24,000 nucleotides of DNA. It comes from Carnobacterium sp. 17-4. GTDB lineage: Bacteria > Bacillota > Bacilli > Lactobacillales > Carnobacteriaceae. The stretch is taken from NCBI RefSeq assembly GCF_000195575.1, contig NC_015391.1:1576363-1600362 (forward strand). Reading direction: 5' to 3'. A program made the position numbers and the translations under genes. Below the pieces are notes generated by a model. It worked only from the letters and a program-made list of their open reading frames with translations. It ran no database searches and was not told where the DNA came from. Numbering within the stretch: the first letter of the stretch is position 1; the number at the start of each line of letters is the position of its first letter. This document shows positions 9,209 through 17,988 of the stretch, one piece after another.

Positions 9209-9237
9209 GGTGCTAAACAAATAGATCATTTAGCACC
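9209..9237 (-). terminator. Intra-operon stem-loop between yhfT and php (possible attenuator or processing/stability element)
   Basis: GGTGCTAAA (9209-9217) and TTTAGCACC (9229-9237) form a perfect 9-bp stem with an 11-nt loop. It lies 14 nt after the yhfT stop, in the only sizeable gap (75 nt) of the operon. The sequence after it is only moderately U-rich. Confidence 0.25.
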
Positions 9238-9250
9238 TCACTTTTATTCA

Positions 9251-10552
9251 TTATCCAGCAACTGGCGCCCACAGGCCTAGTACATATAAAATATTCACAA
9301 CAATTCCTAATACAATAGCAGCTACAGGTCCAACAGCCATATTAACCAATGGTTTTTTAGCTGTTTGATTTAATAAGTAAGCCCCAATCAGCCAGAAATA
9401 ACCAATTCCTGGTGCAATTTGCTCACTTGCCAACGCCCCACCAATTAGTAAAGCAATTTCTAACACACGATTCATCGAAGTACGGATATGTTCTCCCATT
9501 TCTCTAACTCCCGGGAAACGATCTAATCCTTTAGCAGCACCATTCAATAACATAATTTCAAGAAACATTACAATGGCTCCAGCAATGAAAGCAAATATAG
9601 GATGACCTTGTAATAAAATACCAATAACAAAAACAAAAGTAGTTCCAGATGGACTGTATACTCCAGTTACAATAGCGGTAGAAAATACTAATGGAATGAA
9701 ACCAATTCCACGAGCAAATGCAGCTAATGCTGCTTCACCAAATTTACCTTCACTCATCAAGTTCAGTGAAATGGGGTCACCTGCAATAATTACTAAACTT
9801 GTTGCAGCAGCCACTAACCCTCCAGTAAGCGATAATAAAAGAGCATTTTTTTTGATTCTTGTCACACGCTCTACAAAAATACTAACAAGATTTTGATTGT
9901 CTGTTCCTTCGCCTTTTACACGAACAGCAAAGAATACCATTAAGACCATTCCAACCAATAAGGCCATACCTTCAGCACTTAATGTAAAAGTAGTTCCGCT
10001 TGCTAATGTAATTATTCCAAATCGCTTAACCAAGACCAAAGCTAATGTACTAAATCCTAAAGTAAGTGCTCCTTTTGTAAACCCATGTTGATAGGCAATA
10101 GCTAGTGCTGGGAAAACAGCAAAACCTATCACGATCGGTGTTCCAACTGCTCCTAAAGCATCTAAGAAGTTAACTGGCATTAAGCCAAATAAATCCACTA
10201 CAACTTGTAACCCAATCGTAATTCCAATTCCCCACAAGGCTCCAATGATTCCAGCAATGATTGTTCCTTTTTTTCCTTCTGGAGCCCAAGTACCAATAAT
10301 ATCTGTCATTAAAAGAATACTATGAACTAAAATAACGCTCGCACCAAGTGAAACTGGGATTCCAAAACCAATAACCAACCCAAAACTAACAGCAAAACTT
10401 GTTGCGGCTAATTCCTTTTTTCCAATTACTCCCTCTAAATACTCTGGCATAACCGGACGTAACCCATCATTAAAAACAGCAATTCCTTTATTGGCCATCA
10501 TGGCTGCTAGTGCTCCCAATGCCCCTACAACTACTAATTCAATAATATCCAC
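9251..10552 (-). CDS. yhfT: YhfT-like polytopic inner-membrane transporter
   Basis: 433 aa, very hydrophobic and Gly/Ala/Ile-rich, with many predicted TM segments. GTG start at 10552 behind AAGGAGGAG. Adjacent to the yhfU homolog, as in E. coli. Confidence 0.8.
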   Translation of the reverse strand: MDIIELVVVGALGALAAMMANKGIAVFNDGLRPVMPEYLEGVIGKKELAATSFAVSFGLVIGFGIPVSLGASVILVHSILLMTDIIGTWAPEGKKGTIIAGIIGALWGIGITIGLQVVVDLFGLMPVNFLDALGAVGTPIVIGFAVFPALAIAYQHGFTKGALTLGFSTLALVLVKRFGIITLASGTTFTLSAEGMALLVGMVLMVFFAVRVKGEGTDNQNLVSIFVERVTRIKKNALLLSLTGGLVAAATSLVIIAGDPISLNLMSEGKFGEAALAAFARGIGFIPLVFSTAIVTGVYSPSGTTFVFVIGILLQGHPIFAFIAGAIVMFLEIMLLNGAAKGLDRFPGVREMGEHIRTSMNRVLEIALLIGGALASEQIAPGIGYFWLIGAYLLNQTAKKPLVNMAVGPVAAIVLGIVVNILYVLGLWAPVAG

Positions 10553-10575
10553 TTTTCTTTCTCCTCCTTAAACTT

Positions 10576-10941
10576 TTAATTTATTTTTTTTAGTTCATCC
10601 ATGATAATTGGAATAACAGTCTCTTTATGTTGAGCTGTAAATCCAAATGCTTTTTTGCCGTTATTAACATTCTCTCTGATTTTTTCATCAGACATAAGAT
10701 TGCTTGGCATAGATACGGTAACGGTTGCATCTCTTCCAACTAAAGCAATTGCCATTGCAAGAGCTCCTCCACCTCCCGTGTTACAAGCACCAAAGTAATA
10801 GTCAGCTAACCCATTTTTCAATGCCATCGCTGCTTCTAAATCACTTTTAGTTTCTATCGTAAATTTTCCTTCTCCATATTTTTCTACTAGTGCCGCTACT
10901 TCTTTTTTATCAATTTGTCCTCCGATAACAATCCTTTTCAT
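10576..10941 (-). CDS. yhfU: YhfU-like small soluble protein (DUF2620 family)
   Basis: The preferred start is the ATG at 10941 (MKRIVIGGQ...) behind GGGGAG, rather than the TTG at 10959 used by the ORF track. 121 aa with a conserved glycine-rich Cys loop, YYFGACNTGGGGALAMAIALVG. Confidence 0.8.
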   Translation of the reverse strand: MKRIVIGGQIDKKEVAALVEKYGEGKFTIETKSDLEAAMALKNGLADYYFGACNTGGGGALAMAIALVGRDATVTVSMPSNLMSDEKIRENVNNGKKAFGFTAQHKETVIPIIMDELKKIN

Positions 10942-10962
10942 TGTTCTCTCCCCTTTCAATTC

Positions 10963-10988
10963 CCAATATACATTTTTTTGTATATTGG
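10963..10988. promoter_or_regulatory. Perfect 10-bp inverted repeat in the yhf operon leader (candidate operator or 5' stem-loop)
   Basis: CCAATATACA (10963-10972), a TTTTTT spacer, then TGTATATTGG (10979-10988). It lies between the predicted promoter and the yhfU RBS. The arms contain the TGTATA/TATACA half-sites typical of GntR-family operators. Confidence 0.4.
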
Positions 10989-10991
10989 TAA

Positions 10992-11005
10992 AGAAAACGT
11001 TCTCT
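10992..11005. promoter_or_regulatory. cre-like (CcpA) site overlapping the predicted transcription start of the yhf operon
   Basis: AGAAAACGTTCTCT matches the palindromic core of the cre consensus TGWNANCGNTNWCA at the central positions (G.A.ACGTT.TC). It mismatches at both terminal bases. Confidence 0.3.
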
Positions 11006-11013
11006 TTAAAAAG

Positions 11014-11042
11014 AGTATAGCGGACATTTTAAAGAGATACAA
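11014..11042 (-). promoter_or_regulatory. Putative sigma-A promoter of the yhfU-T-php-S-Z-Y-X-W operon
   Basis: The minus strand reads TTGTAT (11042-11037), a 17-nt spacer, then TATACT (11019-11014), about 70 nt upstream of the yhfU ATG. Confidence 0.4.
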
Positions 11043-11064
11043 GTATTAGTTCATAATTTATTAT

Positions 11065-11092
11065 TTGCTTATTTAATTTTTAGAGGTACTAT
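11065..11092 (+). promoter_or_regulatory. Putative divergent promoter of the amidase-like gene
   Basis: TTGCTT (11065-11070), a 16-nt spacer, then TACTAT (11087-11092). The RBS AAAAAGGAG follows, then the ATG at 11123. This is a weak match. Confidence 0.25.
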
Positions 11093-11122
11093 AAAGCTAA
11101 AGTCTAAAAAAGGAGTCCAACT

Positions 11123-12169
11123 ATGAATAAAGATATTATTATAATCGCAGCAAAAAAAAGCTTTATTGCTTTAAAAAATCCTTATCAATCTGTAATAAAA
11201 GTTTTCCCAGAAGCCTTGAATCATTTTGAAAAAGAGAATGCAAACTACCATTATATCGGTGTAAAAAATAAAAAACACATTCCTCATTCACTTTTAGATA
11301 AGTTAACAAAAAACGAGGATTATCTCTTACATACACTGGATGCTTACAGTTTAGGCGGAAGAGCCGTTGATATTTCTTTAAAAAATCCTATTAGTGGAAA
11401 GCCTATGACTGGTTCTTCAAGTGGTACTGCAATCAACGTCTTAGTTGGTATCAACGATTTAGGTATTGGTACGGATGGTGGCGGATCAGTATTAGCACCC
11501 GCAATGTCCGTAAACCTTTTTGGCTTTATTAGCAATTTGATTGAAGAAGAACATGTAAAACAATTCGTAAATCGTTCAACAGATAACATTTCTTTTACGG
11601 TTTCGATTGGGTATATCACCCGGACTTTTCAAGAAATGCAACGCGCATTAACTGCTACGTTTTCTGAATTACAACTACCAGTAAAAAATGCTAAACGACT
11701 ATCAATCTTTACACTAGATGAACAAAATAGTACTTCTGAATTGGCTACAGCACTTAAGAGTGAGAGCGTGACGTCTCTTTCTCATCCAGTTATTTATGGA
11801 CCTAGAAATCCATTAATTACATTTCTAAAAGCACACCTAACCAGCTGTGATTTTCTCATTTCTGAAGAAGGTCCTGTAGATTACCACGGCTTTGGAGATA
11901 CGGTTATTGGGCATATGGGAAAACAAACACATGAACAACAAGTATTAGCTAAAAAAGGATTGATACGTGTAGTAAATATGGCAAATGCATCAGCCATTGT
12001 TGTTCCTAAAAAAGAATTTGCTACCGGATACGTTTTGATATGTGAATCTACTACCGAAAAGATTCAACTCATGTTAAGCTTTGCTGAAAAAATAGCTCTA
12101 CCTCCCGATGAATTAATTACCCATTATTTTACTAATTTTGATCATTATTTTCCAGAAGAATTTATTTAG
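11123..12169 (+). CDS. Compact amidase-signature (AS) family protein, divergent from the yhf operon
   Basis: 348 aa. The AS core TGSSSGTAINVLVGINDLGIGTDGGGSVLAPA aligns with GGSSGG...GTDTGGSIRIPA. Candidate Ser-cisSer-Lys triad: S122, S98 (24 residues apart) and K26 in VIKV. Good RBS, followed by a strong terminator. Confidence 0.75.
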   Translation: MNKDIIIIAAKKSFIALKNPYQSVIKVFPEALNHFEKENANYHYIGVKNKKHIPHSLLDKLTKNEDYLLHTLDAYSLGGRAVDISLKNPISGKPMTGSSSGTAINVLVGINDLGIGTDGGGSVLAPAMSVNLFGFISNLIEEEHVKQFVNRSTDNISFTVSIGYITRTFQEMQRALTATFSELQLPVKNAKRLSIFTLDEQNSTSELATALKSESVTSLSHPVIYGPRNPLITFLKAHLTSCDFLISEEGPVDYHGFGDTVIGHMGKQTHEQQVLAKKGLIRVVNMANASAIVVPKKEFATGYVLICESTTEKIQLMLSFAEKIALPPDELITHYFTNFDHYFPEEFI

Positions 12170-12177
12170 AGATAATT

Positions 12178-12217
12178 AAACAAAACTCCAGATGTTTCCC
12201 CATCTGGAGTTTTGTTT
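12178..12217. terminator. Strong bidirectional rho-independent terminator
   Basis: AAACAAAACTCCAGATG (12178-12194), loop TTTCCC, then CATCTGGAGTTTTGTTT (12201-12217): a perfect 17-bp stem with U-rich 3' arms on both strands. It begins 9 nt after the amidase stop. It is also the first strong terminator downstream of rmlD and the ywqE remnant on the minus strand. Confidence 0.85.
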
Positions 12218-12352
12218 ATAGTTACATCCCTTATAGGCTACATACTAATAAATAAAAAGTGAATTTTTAACCATTCGAAACTGCGTGTGGCAGCTAAAGA
12301 TTCCTTTTCTAATTCTATAATGTCCTACAAATTAATTAAATCTATAATTTTT

Positions 12353-12910
12353 TTTAAAACAGCACTAAATTTGCTTCAATGAGTTGTTTACTCAACTTCT
12401 GTATATTCTTTCCAAAACCACCTGTATAACTAGCAGCAGTGAGTTGAGCCAAAACTCACTTTTCAACAAATGGCAACAATACGTCTGGATCTTTCAGCAC
12501 TTCTCGGTTGCGCTCTGGATAAACAATTATTGGTGTAATACCTTATTTTTGTAATTCAAAGAATAGTGATTCTGTATACGCAGGTATAGCAGGTGTTGGA
12601 AATTCAATTAAAACATATTGATTGCCTTCAACAATAAATTGTACCTTATCTTCATCTAGTTCTTCAAATAATTCACCATTAATTCGGACCTTTTGACCAG
12701 GACAAATAGTTAACGGAATGCCTCATTCATCTAACTCTTTCTGCAATTCATCTACTAGAATTAAAATACCTTTTTTTCATTATCCTAAAGTCCATTCTTA
12801 TAATGTGGTGTAGTCAAAATATGAGTAATACCTTCTGAAACAGCTTCTCGCGCCATATTTTTTGCTCCGTCATCAATACCAGGCAAAATATGACAGTGTA
12901 AATCAATCAT
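12353..12910 (-). pseudogene. ywqE: ywqE/cpsB-type PHP-family protein-tyrosine phosphatase pseudogene (frameshift, several in-frame stops, 3' truncation)
   Basis: ATG at 12910 behind GAGGGA gives MIDLHCHILPGIDDGAKNMAREAVSEGITHILTTPHYKNGL, then TAG (12787-12785). After a frame change it continues VDELQKELDE*GIPLTICPGQKVRINGE...YVLIEFP...LQK*GITPIIVYPERNREV...VEK*VLAQLTAASYTGGFGKNIQKLSKQLIEANLVLF*. This is collinear with my recollection of B. subtilis YwqE, but it stops before the ASDAHN motif. Confidence 0.8.
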
Positions 12911-13034
12911 TTTTTATCCCTCAATCTATTTGGTACTTCCTTTATAGAATATAATTACAGTACTATCTAGTTGAAAAATTATTGTATAGATAAAATAATA
13001 TAATGGTTTTGAAATTCAAAATGATTATACTTCA

Positions 13035-13871
13035 TTACTTCATTACATTCATAAATTCCTCTAGCGCTTCTTGCCAAGTCGGGATATTAAACCCTGTAGA
13101 TTTAGCTTTAGATAAATCCAGCACTGAATGTTTTGGCCGATACGCTTTTTGTGGATACTCTTCAGAAGTAACGGGTGCAACTTCTACCGATGTATCTTTT
13201 AGAATTTCTGTTGCAAATTCATACCAAGAGCATTCCCCTTCATTTGACAAGTGATAAAGTCCATACTCTTGATGAGTAGCTGTCAAATGTAGCATAAACT
13301 CTGCAAGAGTTCGTGTCCAGGTCGGTCGTCCTACTTGATCGCTGACAACTGTTAAACGAGAATGTGTTTCAGCTAAATGTTGCATGGTAAACACGAAATT
13401 TTTTCCAAACTCTCCGAAAACCCAAGATGTACGAATGATATAGGCTTTAGTTGATATTTCTTGAACAATTTTTTCGCCTTCAAGTTTTGCACGGCCATAC
13501 TCGTTTTTAGGATTAGGTAGCGAATCTACTCTGTATTCGTCTTGGTTGGTTCCATCAAAAACATAATCCGTACTTATGTAAACTAATTCAGCGCCTACTT
13601 CTTCAGCAGTTTCTGCTATATTTCTTGTTCCTATGATATTTACTAACTGATTAAATTCTTTCCCTTCCTCTTCAGCAGCATCCACTGCTGTGTAGGCCGC
13701 ACAATGATAAATCACCGACGGTTTTAATGCCGATACAAACTGATGAACAGCGGACTTGTCTGCAACGTCTAATTCTTTCGAACCAGTTGCTACATAAGTT
13801 AGGTCTTTCTCATCCAATACTTTTTTCAACTCTGTTCCCAGTTGCCCATTTGCTCCTGTAATTAAGATCAT
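13035..13871 (-). CDS. rmlD: dTDP-4-dehydrorhamnose reductase
   Basis: 278 aa. MILITGANGQLG Rossmann start, YISTDYVFDG and YGRAKLEGE (the YxxxK motif). Last gene of an rmlACBD block. Confidence 0.9.
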   Translation of the reverse strand: MILITGANGQLGTELKKVLDEKDLTYVATGSKELDVADKSAVHQFVSALKPSVIYHCAAYTAVDAAEEEGKEFNQLVNIIGTRNIAETAEEVGAELVYISTDYVFDGTNQDEYRVDSLPNPKNEYGRAKLEGEKIVQEISTKAYIIRTSWVFGEFGKNFVFTMQHLAETHSRLTVVSDQVGRPTWTRTLAEFMLHLTATHQEYGLYHLSNEGECSWYEFATEILKDTSVEVAPVTSEEYPQKAYRPKHSVLDLSKAKSTGFNIPTWQEALEEFMNVMK

Positions 13872-13891
13872 TTGATCTCCTCCTCTATATG

Positions 13892-13921
13892 AAAAAAGAT
13901 AGGAAATCTCCTATCTTTTTT
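13892..13921 (-). terminator. Terminator-like hairpin inside the rml block, between rmlB and rmlD
   Basis: AAAAAAGATAGGA (13892-13904), loop AATC, then TCCTATCTTTTTT (13909-13921). On the minus-strand RNA the stem ends in U6. It starts 12 nt after the rmlB stop and sits directly before the rmlD RBS GAGGAGGAG. Confidence 0.4.
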
Positions 13922-13933
13922 AACTATATTTTA

Positions 13934-15545
<1,612 letters not shown>

Positions 15546-15561
15546 TTTATTTAACTCCTTT

Positions 15562-16434
15562 CTATCTATCTTCTTCTGCAATTCGTAACAGATATTGACC
15601 ATATCCATTCTTTTTCAATGGTTGTGCCAGTTCAATTAACTGTTCATGAGATATGTATCCCATACGATAAGCAATTTCCTCTAGACAAGCTACCTTAAGA
15701 TTTTGTCGCTTTTCAATAGTTTCAATAAAAGTTCCTGCTTCTAATAATGATTCATGAGTTCCTGTGTCTAGCCATGCATAGCCACGACCCATTACTTCAA
15801 CATCCAATTCACCAGCTTCTAAATAAGCTTTATTGACATCTGTAATCTCAAGTTCACCTCTATGAGAGGGTTGGATAGTTTTAGCAATCTCAACAACTTT
15901 GTTATCATAGAAATATAAACCTGTTACAGCATAATTACTTTTAGCTTTTTCTGGCTTTTCTTCAATTGATAATGCTTTCATATGCTCATCAAATTCAACC
16001 ACTCCAAAGCGTTCAGGATCATTCACATGATATCCGAAGACTGTTGCCCCTTTTTCTTTCTCAGCAGCTCGTTGTAATAATTTAGATAACCCACCACCAT
16101 AGTAAATATTATCCCCTAGAATCAAACAAACTGAATCTTCTCCAATAAAATCTTCACCTATAATAAAAGCTTCTGCTAACCCATTCGGTTGGTCTTGTAC
16201 TTTAAATTCTAAATTTATTCCTAATTCTGAACCATTTCCAAATAATTGTTTAAAACGTGGTGTATCATCTGGTGTTGAAATAATTAAAATATCTTTAATA
16301 CCTGCTAACATTAATGTGGACATAGGATAATAAATCATCGGTTTATCGTAAATCGGCATTAATTGTTTTGATGTTGCTTTCGTTAAAGGATACAAGCGTG
16401 TTCCGCTTCCTCCTGCTAAAATGATTCCTCTCAT
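15562..16434 (-). CDS. rmlA: Glucose-1-phosphate thymidylyltransferase
   Basis: [18 protein letters not shown]...; the ATG at 16434 follows GGGGGAG. The track's start at 16449 lacks an RBS. Confidence 0.92.
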   Translation of the reverse strand: MRGIILAGGSGTRLYPLTKATSKQLMPIYDKPMIYYPMSTLMLAGIKDILIISTPDDTPRFKQLFGNGSELGINLEFKVQDQPNGLAEAFIIGEDFIGEDSVCLILGDNIYYGGGLSKLLQRAAEKEKGATVFGYHVNDPERFGVVEFDEHMKALSIEEKPEKAKSNYAVTGLYFYDNKVVEIAKTIQPSHRGELEITDVNKAYLEAGELDVEVMGRGYAWLDTGTHESLLEAGTFIETIEKRQNLKVACLEEIAYRMGYISHEQLIELAQPLKKNGYGQYLLRIAEEDR

Positions 16435-16462
16435 AATTGACTCCCCCATGTAAAAAGATAAT

Positions 16463-17884
16463 TTATACCTTTAATAATTTTTTTATAAAATTATACGTAT
16501 ACATAATTTCTTTTCTTTTTATCAATAAGTATATAAAATAGAACAAGATATAAATAAAAATACCTATAATTGATTTTATATACCATGACGTGATGATAAA
16601 AATAATACTCATAAAAATTTCTAAATATATATCGCTAACTACATTAACTTTTATTATCTTTGATAATAAAAGCTCTGCAACTATGCTTCTAAATGCCAGT
16701 AAAACTCCAATTGAAAGCATAGCAACTGTCAAATTTTCTAATATGAGTGTCGAAATCATTGTTATTATGATACTTACGCAAACTGTGTAAATATTTACTT
16801 TTAAAATTATACGTTCTTTTCTTATTGTTTTTAAATACGTATTAATTAATAAAGCAGTTTTACTTTCAAACAAAATCATTGGGAAGATTAATGCCATATA
16901 ATTTAAACTTTCAGCATATTCAGGTAACCATAATGATAAAACATATTTTAATGGATAGTACATAATTAAAACACCAATTAGAGGAACTATTAATAAAGTT
17001 CTCATTAAGCTATAAAGATCTTTAAGTTTTTCGGTATTAGTTCGACGCAGCATTGGATATATAACTAAACTAGTTGCATTTACAAATACCATCAATAAGT
17101 TTGATACACTTAATGTGAGTGAAATTTTGCCAAAAATAGCTACGCTCCATACTCTTTCAATACCAAATCTTACTATTCCTAAAATTAGGCTGCTAGCTAT
17201 GTTGGCAAACATCAAACTTATACCAACTCTTATATTTTCTACAGTTTCTATTAAATCAAAATAAAAATCCTCAAATTTTCCAAAAACTATATCTCTACAC
17301 AAATACATAGCATAGAGCAAGGAAACACTTTTTCCAACTAAATCTGCAATAATTAATAATTTAAAGTCTCTATTTCCGGTTAACAACAAGATACTAATAA
17401 GTATTACATATACAAGCCGATCTAAAATAGTACTTATTGAATAAGTTTTAATTAGATTAGTTGCTTGTAATATATTGTGTAAAAAAGATCTCACATTAAC
17501 AATTAGTAAAAAAATCGATAACATTGTAAATATAAATATATCATTTGGTGTCTCCATATATTTATGTATTACTAACAATAATATTAATGAAACAATAAAT
17601 TGAAAGATAAAAAAACTCCAAAATTGAGAATAAAACTTTCTTTTATCCAATTTCTTATAATTTTCTCCACCATATCTTAAATAAATCCCATCATTCCAAC
17701 CTAAATGCAGTAAAACAATGTATGAGCCATAAAACAAATAAATTTGCCAGTAACCATATTCTTCCACCCCTATTAATTTAGGTATAATAAGTACAACAAA
17801 GGTAGATATTAATAAAGAAATCAGATTGGAAGAGATTGTGTATGACATATTTTTTAGTAGACTCAGAAATTTTTTACTTTGCAT
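16463..17884 (-). CDS. wzx: Wzx-type polysaccharide flippase (MOP superfamily)
   Basis: 473 aa, polytopic, extremely AT-rich and Ile/Leu/Phe/Tyr-rich. Its position next to wzy and the glycosyltransferases supports the call. Confidence 0.75.
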   Translation of the reverse strand: MQSKKFLSLLKNMSYTISSNLISLLISTFVVLIIPKLIGVEEYGYWQIYLFYGSYIVLLHLGWNDGIYLRYGGENYKKLDKRKFYSQFWSFFIFQFIVSLILLLVIHKYMETPNDIFIFTMLSIFLLIVNVRSFLHNILQATNLIKTYSISTILDRLVYVILISILLLTGNRDFKLLIIADLVGKSVSLLYAMYLCRDIVFGKFEDFYFDLIETVENIRVGISLMFANIASSLILGIVRFGIERVWSVAIFGKISLTLSVSNLLMVFVNATSLVIYPMLRRTNTEKLKDLYSLMRTLLIVPLIGVLIMYYPLKYVLSLWLPEYAESLNYMALIFPMILFESKTALLINTYLKTIRKERIILKVNIYTVCVSIIITMISTLILENLTVAMLSIGVLLAFRSIVAELLLSKIIKVNVVSDIYLEIFMSIIFIITSWYIKSIIGIFIYILFYFIYLLIKRKEIMYTYNFIKKLLKV

Positions 17885-17988
17885 TTTATCCTCTATTCTT
17901 TGCAGAATTTTAAATAATTAAAATACTTACAATTTTTATTCAACACTTATAAAAATGACATTCTAAATGATGACATAATTTTATTAAG

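Noticed and set aside
10942-10959. Longer N-terminal extensions suggested by the ORF track for yhfU (TTG at 10959), rmlA (ATG at 16449) and rmlC (ATG at 15608).
   Set aside because: Each extension lacks an RBS and, for rmlC, overlaps the upstream gene. In each case an internal start (ATG 10941, ATG 16434, GTG 15545) has a strong AGGAG-type RBS and matches the canonical family N-terminus.
12911-13034. The weak palindrome TTTTGAATTTCAAAA downstream of rmlD, considered as a terminator.
   Set aside because: The stem is purely A/T with a 1-nt loop and is too unstable to call. The first convincing terminator on this strand is at 12178-12217.
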